Origin: a virus
Lineage: Duplodnaviria; Caudoviricetes
IMG/VR virus record: IMGVR_UViG_3300037067_001811
Span: 28,306-92,305 of that record
Reading direction: 5' to 3' (one strand)
DNA: 64,000 nucleotides
In this document: one piece after another, positions 44,676 to 55,486 of the stretch
Numbering within the stretch: position 1 is the first letter of the stretch
Layout: every line of letters starts with the position of its first letter
Notes under the pieces: generated by a model
Databases searched by the model: none
Told to the model about the DNA's origin: nothing
Seen by the model: the letters and a program-made list of their open reading frames with translations, nothing else
Position numbers and translations under genes: made by a program

Positions 44676-46853
44676 ATGGCAGGTAAGAATTTTCCCGTTG
44701 GTACAGTACCAGAAGCTGATTTTGCCAACAATGACTTCTCCGGGTTGAAGATAGGTATCATTACTCGAGTAGATGAGCTTCATCTCAAGTGTGACGTGAA
44801 GGTTATCACGGGATCAGAGGATCGCTTTGAGTTAGACCTTACTCAACCGATGTGCGGACCTCGTAGCTTCTTTGGGGGGATCCCTGAGGTTGGATCCGTT
44901 GTGGTTCTGGGTTACCGAAAGAGGAATAAGCAATTCTACAGTGCTATGATCCTGGGTTACGTCCCAGTTGGGACCCTGATGGGGTTGAAGTTTGACCCCT
45001 TCGCAGCGATCCCTCCTGGGGAGGTTTCAGCGGAAGATGTGAATGGAGTCCAAGATCTATTTGGACCAACTGTACGCTACAAGAGAATCAAGGGGAAGCA
45101 AGGGGACATTGTGGGAATGTCCTCCTCTGGGTCTGAGTTCTTGATGTCCAAGGATGTCCGTCTCATCAATAGAGCCGGGGACAGCTTCGAGCTTAGGGAT
45201 GTGGACCGGACCTACGTTCTCCAAGCACTTCATCGGGTGGAGTCTGATTCGGCCTCCTATACCTTCTCGGGAGCTATCCGCAGGGGGGCGATGAACCTTC
45301 CTCTTGAGATCTTCAAGTCAGACTCCAAGGGGAACATCACCAAAGTAATTAGGGACCAGAGCAGTCGGTACTTCGGGAGTGATGATCTAGGGAAAGCAGG
45401 GGTAGGTTCAACTACTTTCGTAAACCCTTCTACCAACACGGCACTTGACCGGATCAATGACGATACTGAATTTCCTCCGTTAGTCTACTCGAATCACCGT
45501 CAGGTGTTCTACCCTTCAGGGAATCAGGCCACTAACTTCGAAGACCCGGAGAACGGGGGATCCCTTCGGGCCTTCACTGAGCGGCGACTTGAGATCCGTC
45601 ATGATAGCGACCTCGAGCAAGAAGTGCTTGAGGAGATTGATGGGTTCGGAGTAGATCGACCTAGGGCCTACATTGAGCAGGTTTTTGGGACCTACGTTGG
45701 GAATGACCCTTTTTCTACCTTAGGGCAACGCCAGTATGGTCGAGTCCTAAAGCCGAAGATCTTTGAGGACTTCGACCAGACAGCGGCCCCCTCTGGTTTC
45801 TCACTCGATGAGTGCCTTCGTCCACCCAGTACTACTGTGGACGAAGCTCTCACGATGGCAGCGGCCTATTTGTTTCGGATTACTCCTCCGAGATCAGCTT
45901 CGAAGAATCAGTTTGCTGTAGCAGTCTCCAAGCAAGGGAAGCTCTTCATCAACATTCCTGGATCCTCGAGCGAGAACTACTCGACCAAGAATGTGTCAGT
46001 GGAAGCTAATCTTGAGGGGGCAATCAAAGCCCGTATTGGGGCGTGTACCCCAGACAAGTACTCGATCCACCTCACTTTAGATGGTGGGATCTTTCTGGAT
46101 GTAGGGTCCAATGCAAAGGGTGAGTGCATAACTACCAACTTCAGAGGGGCGATCAAGAATATCTTCAGAGGTGGTAGTAACTCCGTGGATGACGTGGCCC
46201 ATAGTATCGATGTCCAGGGTAACACTGAGACTCACGTATCAGGGACTGATATCCAGGTCGTCAAGGGGTCTTACCAGAAGACCGTGGACGGAAGTCACAC
46301 CATCAAGGCTAGTACGGTCAACCTGCACGGACTCAATGGAGCCAATGTCAACGTAGGGGGGTGGAACTCTACTATTTCAGGTAAGACGCAGAATTACTAC
46401 GCCATGTTGTACCAGGAGACTGTGGCTCTTGGAGGTAAAATCTGCACAATCCTCGCCGGTGGGCATGTGGAGAACATTGTCGCTGGTGCGAAGACTACCA
46501 CTGTGGCTGCTGGTGCTGTTGCTGTCAATTGTCCGGCTGGTGCCTATGCTGTCACAGTAGGGACTGGAGCCATCTCAATCACTACTGGAGTAGGGGCCGT
46601 TGCTATCTCAACAGGTACCGGTGCAGTATCCATTAGTGCAGGCTTAGGTGCTATTGCGATTACGGCTGGTCTTGCAATGAACCTCACCGCCCCTACCATC
46701 ATCTCCCTGACTGCTCCGAAGGTAATGCTAGGGGGTCCTGCGGCTCTGCTTGGTGTAGCAAGGGGAGCCCCTATGATGCCCCCAGGGAGCCCTAGTTTGG
46801 ATTGGATAACAGGGCTACCCCTTCAGGGGTCTCTACTAATCGGTTCAATCTGA
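44676..46853 (+). CDS. baseplate central spike (gp5/gpV-like OB fold plus beta-helix)
   Basis: GIITRVD...GGIPEVGSVVVLGY; C-terminal GA(V/I)xIxxG repeats. Confidence 0.75.
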   Translation: MAGKNFPVGTVPEADFANNDFSGLKIGIITRVDELHLKCDVKVITGSEDRFELDLTQPMCGPRSFFGGIPEVGSVVVLGYRKRNKQFYSAMILGYVPVGTLMGLKFDPFAAIPPGEVSAEDVNGVQDLFGPTVRYKRIKGKQGDIVGMSSSGSEFLMSKDVRLINRAGDSFELRDVDRTYVLQALHRVESDSASYTFSGAIRRGAMNLPLEIFKSDSKGNITKVIRDQSSRYFGSDDLGKAGVGSTTFVNPSTNTALDRINDDTEFPPLVYSNHRQVFYPSGNQATNFEDPENGGSLRAFTERRLEIRHDSDLEQEVLEEIDGFGVDRPRAYIEQVFGTYVGNDPFSTLGQRQYGRVLKPKIFEDFDQTAAPSGFSLDECLRPPSTTVDEALTMAAAYLFRITPPRSASKNQFAVAVSKQGKLFINIPGSSSENYSTKNVSVEANLEGAIKARIGACTPDKYSIHLTLDGGIFLDVGSNAKGECITTNFRGAIKNIFRGGSNSVDDVAHSIDVQGNTETHVSGTDIQVVKGSYQKTVDGSHTIKASTVNLHGLNGANVNVGGWNSTISGKTQNYYAMLYQETVALGGKICTILAGGHVENIVAGAKTTTVAAGAVAVNCPAGAYAVTVGTGAISITTGVGAVAISTGTGAVSISAGLGAIAITAGLAMNLTAPTIISLTAPKVMLGGPAALLGVARGAPMMPPGSPSLDWITGLPLQGSLLIGSI

Positions 46854-46854
46854 G

Positions 46855-47424
46855 ATGCCTCTTGCCGCACCAACCCTCACAGTAACCCTCACCACCTCCC
46901 TACTTGGAAGTGGTATGATCGGATCTGCGACCCCCAAGTTCGCATCTGGAGTTGCTCAGGGTGTAACCTTATGGGTAAAGAAGCTGTCAGTTCAGACAGT
47001 TGATGCGGGAGTAGCTGGAGTAGGGACTGGTTTGTTCCCTTTCCTTATACCCCCACAGCTGTTAATGGCTAACTTACTAGCAGCTTATGTTGCCAACGGT
47101 CAAATAGGGCCTATGGCACCACTGGAGGCGGTGGGGCTTGCAAATGGCCTAGCAATGGGTCTCCTTACTGGATTGATCAAGACAACCCACCCAACTGTAG
47201 GGGCGGGGGCAGGAGTAGCACGCATCAGTGGACCTCCCGCCTATTCTTCTTTGATGCAAGGCTTTAGTAGTGTTGGCATCAAAGGCCAAGGAGCTACAAA
47301 GAAAGCAAATGCAATCTCCACAGCTCTTATGCTCACTCTTCAAGTTATTACCTTACCAATTCCGATTGTAGGTCCCGTGGGGCCGTCCCCGTCTTCAGGT
47401 ATTGGGTCGGGTAAAATCGTCTAA
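46855..47424 (+). CDS. Gly/Ala-rich baseplate protein (possible spike-tip associated)
   Basis: Directly follows spike gene; ends G.GSGKIV. Confidence 0.6.
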   Translation: MPLAAPTLTVTLTTSLLGSGMIGSATPKFASGVAQGVTLWVKKLSVQTVDAGVAGVGTGLFPFLIPPQLLMANLLAAYVANGQIGPMAPLEAVGLANGLAMGLLTGLIKTTHPTVGAGAGVARISGPPAYSSLMQGFSSVGIKGQGATKKANAISTALMLTLQVITLPIPIVGPVGPSPSSGIGSGKIV

Positions 47425-47441
47425 ATGCAGATGAGGATTAG

Positions 47442-50400
47442 ATGCCGTTCAGTATTCAGGGTTACGTACTTGATAAGCCTCGTGTTGGTGCTGCAAACAG
47501 CCCTTATACCGCGAGTCCTGATGACTTTGTTTCGAACCCGTCTGATTACAGTGCTGTGTTCGGGACAGATGAGAGTAGCCCAGGTCGTGTAGAGTACCTG
47601 ACGTTAGTACTGGAAGATGGGAATCTTCCAGTTGTTAGGCTTGGTTGGACTAAGAATGAAGGTGGGATCCAGAGGTTCGACTACGACGGATCCATTGGAA
47701 CCTTCAAGCCCCTGCCAGGTGGGAAGAGGAGAGTTGTCGGTACCTTAGGTCCCGACTCAAACACTACTCGTCTTCAAGTACTCAAGCCAGCGGGGTCAAA
47801 CCCCTATCGGATTTCGGTGGGGGTAATTGGAAGCGGTACTACCTTTCCGGTTACTACCGTAGTTGATGATGGGGTTTTTGGGTCTCCTGTTTCAGGTAGT
47901 GTAGAGCTCAGTCTCGCTACTGGGAACCTTAACTGGAACATCACGGACATTACGACCACTTATCTTGGTCAAGTCGTCCTTTTCCAACAGCAGGCCCCAT
48001 TCTCTTTTAAGGAATCAACCGGAGATCTTGGTACTCTTGGTACTGATGTCATTCTCCTGAACCCGATTCCCGAGGCAACTCAAGTCCCTCTCCTTCGATT
48101 TGGTTTCGGTCTATACCTAACACCCATCAGTGTTGCAAATGAGGCTTCCCTTTCCCCAGATCCTCCAATTGGGTCATTCAAGTGGGCCAATACTACAGGG
48201 CGGGTTCGATTCAATCCTACTGATGAGGCATCCAGTACTGGGGTCCCTGTCTACTACGATGGTATTCTTTTTGAAGTCAATCGACAGTTACCTAGAGAAC
48301 TCATAGGGTCAGTATCTTCCCCAAGTCCTATGACCCTCCCCTCAGTTGGAGGTGACTTGGTCTTCTTGGCTCTGGATGGACTGGGTACGATTAAGCATCA
48401 GTTCTCTGACTTCATTCGAGTCACTGCTTTCACTACAGGGAAGACTGATCAGGTTCAAATTCGAACCAGTGATGGTCAAGTTCAATTCTCCCCTACAGAC
48501 GTTTTGAGGTATGGTTCCTACTTTGCTCAAGTAGTGAGTGGGGACTTTGTAATTGAGGCTGGTTTAGCTGTTAGGTTCTTCCGATCACCTGTGAACCCAA
48601 GTGGTACTACCCCCTCAGTGAAGGACCTTGCTGCTTACTATCCAACCACTGAGGCCAAGCTGGCTGACCCCATCATCGGGGCTCCCATGGTCTTCCTGCC
48701 TGTACTTCCAATCGACAGCCTTTCATACCCAATCACGGTAGCAGTTCAGCAAGGGACTGGGAGCTTCACCGGAACCCTCCCTCGCTTGGATGTACCATCT
48801 CCGCCGGCTGGGGTAGGGTATACGATTGACTTTGATGCCAAGCAATTGAACTACGCTCAGAGGAAGAACCTCGAGGTTATCCCGATCACAGAACCTTCTT
48901 CGGCTATCCAATTGGACCCCGGAGTCAACCCTTCCAACGCATTATTTTCCCTGAATCAAGGTGCTGGTTACGTTCCGTTGACCATTGGGGTTGACACTCT
49001 ACTAGATGCTCAAGCGGGATCCCTTACCTTCGTTAGTCAGACAGGGACTTTGATCACTAGTGGGTCTGGGGGATCAACCCCAACATCCTCCACGGTCTTC
49101 GTAGACCTCTCTGCAGACTTCAGTTCAGTGCTCCCAGGGGATTTACTCATCCTACCCACAGGGGCTTCCAAGGGGGTCTACAGCATCATCACTGTTCAGA
49201 GTTCAACCCGCCTTCTTATTGATGCTCCGGTTACTCTGCATTCAACCAACCTGACTTATGAGGTCCGAAGGAGCCAGGAGGTACTAGTCGATCGGTTCTT
49301 TCAGCCTATTCAGCTGGTAGATCCAAACGTCAAGTTGTACTTGGTTCGAGGGTCCACTACGACTCTTCTTACTCCAGGTAAGGATTACAGGGTTAGCTCA
49401 GATCTAGGGACCTTCCAGACTACTTTCCGTCTTCTTGCGATGGATGAGTTGCACATTACCTACCCCTCGAGCCAGGACAATCCAGATGCGACGGTGATTC
49501 CTCTGGTGTTGACGGTTAATGAACGGGCTACCTTCCTTGTCAGGAAGGAGTTGACCACTCATACGTCTCCAACTTCTATCATTCCGTTCAACCCCAATGG
49601 TAGAACTGTTGCCTCTAATCCAGCCCCCGCAGTGTTTCGAGGCGGTCGACCTCAAGATCCAAGTCAGTATTCAATCAACTATACAACCTCAACGATCACT
49701 TTCCTCCCAGATGTACTTCCAACGCCCTCGGGGTTCTCTGTTATCTCTGACGCTTTACCCCATGGGGCGATAGTCAACCCAGATGAGAACGTCTACATTG
49801 ACTACAATATCTATGAGGCTCTTGGAGGAGAGAATACGGTTTCAGTCCTGAAGCCTAATCTCATTCTCATCCCGGTTCAGATTATTGATGGGGCTTCATC
49901 GTTTACAGTCACAGGGGACCAAAGATCTGTCTTCCCTGCCAACTACCTCCTTCGGATTGAGGCAGAGGCAGTCTACTACTTGGCAGCCCCTACCTACGAC
50001 TTAGCAACTAACCTTACAACGGTGAACCTGCTTGCACCCCAAATGTTTAGTGATTCGTTCACTAATCCGAACCTTTACATCTCGACAGGTTCTCTTCTGA
50101 TCTCACCTTCTCAGCCACAGTACTTCGTACCAGAGCTTACCTTATTCAACCCCAACCCAAGAGGGATGAATCAGTTCAAGCTTCCGGGGGACCATACTTC
50201 CGAGTACATTGGTGGGAAGGTAGTCTACTTTTCAGGCTTAGGTTTCAATGACTTCTATCTAGTGTCTGGGTCGACACTAGATTCAACGTCGACTACTACG
50301 GTCACAGTCACTCAGAATATGGAGAGAGAGTACAATACCTCCTCCTTTACTCTGCAGAAGTCAGTTCGTCCGGTGTATGAGGCTAACGTAAAGAGTGTTC

Positions 50401-53162
50401 AGACCAGTGGGTCTCCGGCGATCCCGGTTCAAGATCCCCCATTGACACTCCTTGATGCCGTTATCCTCTTCAAGAAGATCCCGGGTCAAGTTGGAGCGAT
50501 CCTGGTATCGCCAACGGACTTCAAAATTGATGATGCAGGAAAGGTTACTCTTACTACTCCCCTGTTAGCAGGGGAGTCTTTGGGGATCCTCTACACTAAG
50601 TATCGGGTAGTGAGTTCAGGGCAGCTTCGAGCTTCCTACACTTCAATCATTGTCCCCACTGCTGATAACGGACTACTCAATCAGATTCTAGTTGAGTCCT
50701 TCACTACTTATATCCCTGATTCGTTCTACATTCGAGTTGAGACTATGTCCAACTTCAGGGGTCAATTAGCTCAGCAGTACAAGGCTGAAGCTAGTGCGTC
50801 TTCCCCCTCAAGTGGCCCGAGAGTAGATAACGCTTCTCAGCCAAAGCTCTACGAGCAAGGTCAGGAGTCGGTCTACTTCACCGAGGGTGAGCTAGCAAAT
50901 GAGGATCTTGTTGCTAGGGTTACTCTTAAGTTCTATCACGATACTATCAACTACCTAGAGGATATCCTTCAATACATGGATGGTAGGGTAGTTGGGGATT
51001 GGGACGGTAGGTTCCGATTTGATGGTAGTACTGGTTCGGTTGTTACTAGTTTCAACCTTGCAACGAACCAGATTGATGATCGGATCAAGATCTCCAACTT
51101 CCCTATTGCCTACCCGGGGCCTGTTTTTGTAGGTACTTACATTCAGGCCTACGAAGCCGGAACTCAAAGTAGGGTCTACCCAACTACGGCCACAGTATCT
51201 CAAGCGGCCCAAGCTGGGGCAGCTACGGGAGATCCCATTCTCGACTTTGATGTGAAACCCCTAACAGGGTCTACTCCAACTGTCTTTAAGAGATTTCAAT
51301 GTGCTCTAGTAACTCAAGCCTCTAGGGTAGGGGACACTACTCTGTATGTGGATAGTACAGCCGCATCGGTAAACCCTCCACTTCGCCCTGCGTTTGGAAA
51401 TGGCCTTAAGATAGCCATAGCTTCCCCTACTACGGTTTATGTTTCGGATGGGTCCCCACTAACAGTCGACTCTGTGACTGGTACTACTATTGAACTAACT
51501 GACCCACTTGCGGTGGTGATTCCGGTAGGGGCAACGGTCTACTTGAGTACTCAAGATAGTACTTACCAAAAGAGCTATCGAGTAGGGTCTGATGTCACTC
51601 TTGATACCGAAAAGGGCTACCTGCTTTATGTAAAGCCCTATCCGCCCTTTGATGGATCTGATGCTTTGGTCCCTCCTTCACTTAGGATTCAAACTCCAGT
51701 AGGTGGAGACCTCCTTCAGGGGACTGTCCTCTTCTCGAACCTCAGTACCTCTCCTAAGAAGTTTCCTGCCCTTTATGGGGAAGCCTTTGACGACAATGGT
51801 GATCAGAGGTACCCGCTCAAGAACCCCTCCTTATTGCGTGAGACTGGTTCAGGAGGCCCTAGTTACCTTGGGACCGAGCTTACTTATGTCCAGCCTGGGA
51901 CAGGCCTCCTTGTGTCACCCTATACGGTCCCCCCCTTCGTAGGTAGCGGCTCACTGAACCTAGCCAAGACAGTTATCACTCTCACTACTGGTACTTTTCC
52001 CAGCCCTGCTCCAAGGGAAGGGGATCTTGTTAGGTTCTTGACGGGGCCTAATGCTTCATCAGCCTACCATCGGATATCCTCAGTGACGGCTAATTCTGTC
52101 ATGGTAGATGTGGCATTTGGGAATACTGGGACAGGGGGCTTTCAGATTACTGTCTCGAATAACCTGCAGTCTGGGACGACTTGCACCACGTCGGGGGCGG
52201 TTCTGACTGACCCTGCTGCCAACTTCAACGCCGTAGGGGTCAAACCCGGGTATACTGTGGTTATTGACCAAGTAGCACACGCCTCAAATCGAGAGAGGCG
52301 GCAGGTAGTGTCCGTAGATACAGACACTCAGTTGACTCTTGATCAACCTTTCTCAACTTCGGTGCTGTTAGTTACCTATCGGATCTGTAACCCCCTCAAT
52401 ACCTTTAGTGACTTGGACCTTTTGGTTAGCAATGAAGCAGATCTGACCTCAATCCTCTTCACTAATTCAAATAGTGAGTTCAATTCTGTAACGTCTTTTT
52501 TCAATAGTGTCTTCACTGACAAGTTAATTCCAACCGTTGCTTCAGGTACTATTACAGGTGACATTCTAACTAGTACTGGAGTGGACTTTAGTGCTTCTGG
52601 TGTTGAGGTAGGGGATTATGTATTTGCCCCTATCCCTCAAGCAAGTGAGGGTGTTTACGAGGTTCTTCAGGTCATAGATGAGACTCACCTGCAACTAGAT
52701 GTCACTCCCGTGGCTGGAGTTGTCACATTTAGAGTGTGCTCTGCTTTTGGGGTATCCAAGGAAACCCTAACCTACTTACTTACTCAACAGCAGCAGTCAT
52801 TTGCCTTCTACAACACGATATCCCCTTGGCTTTCGATAATTCAAACTCCAGTGTCAGTAGTGACTCCCACCTTACCAAGCGGTGACTATCGCTACTTCAC
52901 TAGGGCTTTTGATGTTACCTCGATTTCTAACCGAAACACGACGGTGACAAGTCGGCAGTCTGATCTAGTTACCTCTATTGGGACTATCAGTTCCATCATG
53001 TCATCTGTGGATCGTCTTTATGACAGTAGGTACGCTTGGATCGACGCTAGGATCAACCTACAAACAGGTATTCTAGTGAAGAAGAAGAGAGCAGTGGCTG
53101 ACAGAGTCAAGGCTCAAGCAGACATTCTGACCTCGATGATTAAGCTTTTAGCAGTAGAGTGA
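47442..53162 (+). CDS. very large baseplate/tail structural protein (1906 aa)
   Basis: Beta-rich repeated domains (D.SADF...V.PGD...GVY.I..V....L.I); within baseplate cluster. Confidence 0.75.
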   Translation: MPFSIQGYVLDKPRVGAANSPYTASPDDFVSNPSDYSAVFGTDESSPGRVEYLTLVLEDGNLPVVRLGWTKNEGGIQRFDYDGSIGTFKPLPGGKRRVVGTLGPDSNTTRLQVLKPAGSNPYRISVGVIGSGTTFPVTTVVDDGVFGSPVSGSVELSLATGNLNWNITDITTTYLGQVVLFQQQAPFSFKESTGDLGTLGTDVILLNPIPEATQVPLLRFGFGLYLTPISVANEASLSPDPPIGSFKWANTTGRVRFNPTDEASSTGVPVYYDGILFEVNRQLPRELIGSVSSPSPMTLPSVGGDLVFLALDGLGTIKHQFSDFIRVTAFTTGKTDQVQIRTSDGQVQFSPTDVLRYGSYFAQVVSGDFVIEAGLAVRFFRSPVNPSGTTPSVKDLAAYYPTTEAKLADPIIGAPMVFLPVLPIDSLSYPITVAVQQGTGSFTGTLPRLDVPSPPAGVGYTIDFDAKQLNYAQRKNLEVIPITEPSSAIQLDPGVNPSNALFSLNQGAGYVPLTIGVDTLLDAQAGSLTFVSQTGTLITSGSGGSTPTSSTVFVDLSADFSSVLPGDLLILPTGASKGVYSIITVQSSTRLLIDAPVTLHSTNLTYEVRRSQEVLVDRFFQPIQLVDPNVKLYLVRGSTTTLLTPGKDYRVSSDLGTFQTTFRLLAMDELHITYPSSQDNPDATVIPLVLTVNERATFLVRKELTTHTSPTSIIPFNPNGRTVASNPAPAVFRGGRPQDPSQYSINYTTSTITFLPDVLPTPSGFSVISDALPHGAIVNPDENVYIDYNIYEALGGENTVSVLKPNLILIPVQIIDGASSFTVTGDQRSVFPANYLLRIEAEAVYYLAAPTYDLATNLTTVNLLAPQMFSDSFTNPNLYISTGSLLISPSQPQYFVPELTLFNPNPRGMNQFKLPGDHTSEYIGGKVVYFSGLGFNDFYLVSGSTLDSTSTTTVTVTQNMEREYNTSSFTLQKSVRPVYEANVKSVQTSGSPAIPVQDPPLTLLDAVILFKKIPGQVGAILVSPTDFKIDDAGKVTLTTPLLAGESLGILYTKYRVVSSGQLRASYTSIIVPTADNGLLNQILVESFTTYIPDSFYIRVETMSNFRGQLAQQYKAEASASSPSSGPRVDNASQPKLYEQGQESVYFTEGELANEDLVARVTLKFYHDTINYLEDILQYMDGRVVGDWDGRFRFDGSTGSVVTSFNLATNQIDDRIKISNFPIAYPGPVFVGTYIQAYEAGTQSRVYPTTATVSQAAQAGAATGDPILDFDVKPLTGSTPTVFKRFQCALVTQASRVGDTTLYVDSTAASVNPPLRPAFGNGLKIAIASPTTVYVSDGSPLTVDSVTGTTIELTDPLAVVIPVGATVYLSTQDSTYQKSYRVGSDVTLDTEKGYLLYVKPYPPFDGSDALVPPSLRIQTPVGGDLLQGTVLFSNLSTSPKKFPALYGEAFDDNGDQRYPLKNPSLLRETGSGGPSYLGTELTYVQPGTGLLVSPYTVPPFVGSGSLNLAKTVITLTTGTFPSPAPREGDLVRFLTGPNASSAYHRISSVTANSVMVDVAFGNTGTGGFQITVSNNLQSGTTCTTSGAVLTDPAANFNAVGVKPGYTVVIDQVAHASNRERRQVVSVDTDTQLTLDQPFSTSVLLVTYRICNPLNTFSDLDLLVSNEADLTSILFTNSNSEFNSVTSFFNSVFTDKLIPTVASGTITGDILTSTGVDFSASGVEVGDYVFAPIPQASEGVYEVLQVIDETHLQLDVTPVAGVVTFRVCSAFGVSKETLTYLLTQQQQSFAFYNTISPWLSIIQTPVSVVTPTLPSGDYRYFTRAFDVTSISNRNTTVTSRQSDLVTSIGTISSIMSSVDRLYDSRYAWIDARINLQTGILVKKKRAVADRVKAQADILTSMIKLLAVE

Positions 53163-53168
53163 GGAACC

Positions 53169-53339
53169 ATGTCAGAAGAGAAGAAAGACCCTGATGTACC
53201 TCAGATCAACTGGGAGCATCGTAAGGAGTTTGGGATCAATTCCAAACTACGAGAAGCAGTCCTCCTCACTAAAGATGCAACTCAGAGTGAGATTGCAGTT
53301 CTTCGGCGCAAGCTTGAACGTCTCACTTACGGGAGTTAA
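53169..53339 (+). CDS. small hypothetical protein (56 aa), below ORF-track cutoff
   Basis: GAGGA RBS 53161-65, ATG 53169, TAA 53337-39; MSEEKKDPDVPQINWEHRKEFGINSKLREAVLLTKDATQSEIAVLRRKLERLTYGS fills gap exactly. Confidence 0.75.
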   Translation: MSEEKKDPDVPQINWEHRKEFGINSKLREAVLLTKDATQSEIAVLRRKLERLTYGS

Positions 53340-53342
53340 TGA

Positions 53343-55469
53343 ATGGCTAACTGGGAGGCTCTAGAGGTCAAGATTCCGGGCAAGGACTTACTGGAGGACG
53401 TACGTAGTTCTCTTGAGGCTCTAGTCACGTTCATGGAAGTTATCAAGGCCCTCCTTGAGACAATCAACATCTTCCTCATCGACTTTGGAAACCCGATCCG
53501 CCCTCTAGTACAAGCTCTCTTAGCCTTGGTACAGCAGCTGTTCAATAGCTTGAAGCAGACAGGGTTGTATGGGCTCTTTGATGTTCCAGATCCAACTCAG
53601 GACCCTAACTTTGACCGATTCAAGGGAGGGTATCAGGCCTTCACTGAGAGATTCAAAGCATCCCTCTTTGATTCAAAGGATCCCTATCGACCTCAACCAG
53701 CAGCAGGGCAAACTCTGAGTGGGTTCGTCCTAATAGTGGCGGATGCAGAGACGGTATACGGGATGCTTAGGTTGATGAAGATCCTCCTTCGGTTCTTTGG
53801 GAAGGAGATCACTGCAGCTAAATATGCGGCTCCAGCAAATGTCAGGATCTTCCCTGCTGGATCAAAACCAGGAGCTATGGGGGGTACTAACTTTGACCCT
53901 ATTCTTCAGGTAGCCTCGGTCTTTGGTGCGACACTCAAGGGGTTTGCTGTAGAATGGACTCTTGCAACTAACCAATTCCCACCGGACCCAGGGTTTAGTG
54001 ACTTGGTGGCAACGGTCTCAAGTGAATTGATTCCTCATCGGTGGCTCATCGAGAAAACAGGTCGCAACGGTGGTCCTCTCACTCTCACCACTAGTGCGGA
54101 AACTAACTTTGAGGATAAGAGAGGTAAGGCAGTTAGTCGTGAGGTTCCAGTTCGAGATGAGAACGGGGACTATTTCCGCCAATTCGAGAAGTACATTGTC
54201 ATTGATCCGACCGCTGCAACCTCGACATTCCTTCTTGGGCAGTTAGGTAAGTTCAGGTTCCTTGATAGTGATGTGGTAAAGGACATTGACTACTACTATC
54301 GAATACGAGCCTTTAGTGGGTCTCTCGTAGTAGCCTCAGACGGTACTCTTGAACTACCTCCTGTTGAGGTGAAGGCTGACACGAATGAGTACATTCAACG
54401 TTGGCCAAGTAGTGACCCAAATGATCCAGTCATCATGGGGCGGCCTAGTCAGATCATTTCATGCAGGATCCCTACTCTACCCACAGACTTTGATGTAATC
54501 ACTGTAGTGGACTACACTTTCAGGATGGCATTTGCCTTAGGGTTCCACTTACCCTTGGATGCAGATGCAGCTTTTGATGTAGACGGTAGACCCATAAGTG
54601 GCACCGCTGCATCTCAGGTGGGGCGAGGGTCTCTCCTCAACATTGGTGGAGCTCTGTCAAGCATTATACCGATCAGCTTTGCGGGTACAATTACCGCAGA
54701 CCCTACCACTGGGGTATTCCCCGACGTCACTCAAAACTACCTGTCCGTGAAGTATCAGTCGATAAGGTTGGCTCAGGATGTTGGTTCCTCACTTCTTCAG
54801 AATAGTGGGATGCTGAACCCCATAAGGGATGCATACAAGAGTGGGATCCCGCAAGCGATACCTGAAGAGGGTAATTTTATCGGAAGCAGTAGCACCATTG
54901 AGGAGATGATCTATGCCTTCAATAAGATCCCTTCTGACTTCCCTGGGGTATACCGACCTGAGGTCTATGAGACCTATGATGCAGCCTTTGCTGACGTGAA
55001 TGTTCGCCTAAATCTCATCTCTGTGATCACCCTCATCAAGTCCTTTACTCTTGGGGGTACTACTCCTGATTGGGTGTCTGTCAGCTTACTACGAGACATC
55101 ATTCCGTGGAGTGGTCAGTTCATCTACGACCTATTGAATCGGATTGAGGCTTTAGTTGACGCCTTCAAGTCGGCGGTTGATGAGATCAAGGCATTCATCG
55201 ATACAGTGATCAGGAAGATAGATATCCTAGAGAGATTTATCAAGTACCTGATTGAGATCCTCAACTACTTGGATAGTTTCTCAGCCGGATTCTATTTCCT
55301 TCAGTTACCTAGTACTTCGGGGGGGATCCCCGCGTGGATTGATGCAATCGACAATGCAGGAGGCACTAAACCACCCTCAGGACCTGGGGGTTACACTGCC
55401 GGAGTCTCATTGGCCTATGGTGGGACCAACGTGGATGCTTTCGTTGCGGCCTTCAGCTTAATCTTCTGA
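53343..55469 (+). CDS. putative baseplate-associated protein (helical termini, FnIII-like centre)
   Basis: FLDSDV.....YYYRIRAF; amphipathic helical N- and C-termini; synteny. Confidence 0.65.
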   Translation: MANWEALEVKIPGKDLLEDVRSSLEALVTFMEVIKALLETINIFLIDFGNPIRPLVQALLALVQQLFNSLKQTGLYGLFDVPDPTQDPNFDRFKGGYQAFTERFKASLFDSKDPYRPQPAAGQTLSGFVLIVADAETVYGMLRLMKILLRFFGKEITAAKYAAPANVRIFPAGSKPGAMGGTNFDPILQVASVFGATLKGFAVEWTLATNQFPPDPGFSDLVATVSSELIPHRWLIEKTGRNGGPLTLTTSAETNFEDKRGKAVSREVPVRDENGDYFRQFEKYIVIDPTAATSTFLLGQLGKFRFLDSDVVKDIDYYYRIRAFSGSLVVASDGTLELPPVEVKADTNEYIQRWPSSDPNDPVIMGRPSQIISCRIPTLPTDFDVITVVDYTFRMAFALGFHLPLDADAAFDVDGRPISGTAASQVGRGSLLNIGGALSSIIPISFAGTITADPTTGVFPDVTQNYLSVKYQSIRLAQDVGSSLLQNSGMLNPIRDAYKSGIPQAIPEEGNFIGSSSTIEEMIYAFNKIPSDFPGVYRPEVYETYDAAFADVNVRLNLISVITLIKSFTLGGTTPDWVSVSLLRDIIPWSGQFIYDLLNRIEALVDAFKSAVDEIKAFIDTVIRKIDILERFIKYLIEILNYLDSFSAGFYFLQLPSTSGGIPAWIDAIDNAGGTKPPSGPGGYTAGVSLAYGGTNVDAFVAAFSLIF

Positions 55470-55486
55470 TTAGAAGGCTTGATAAG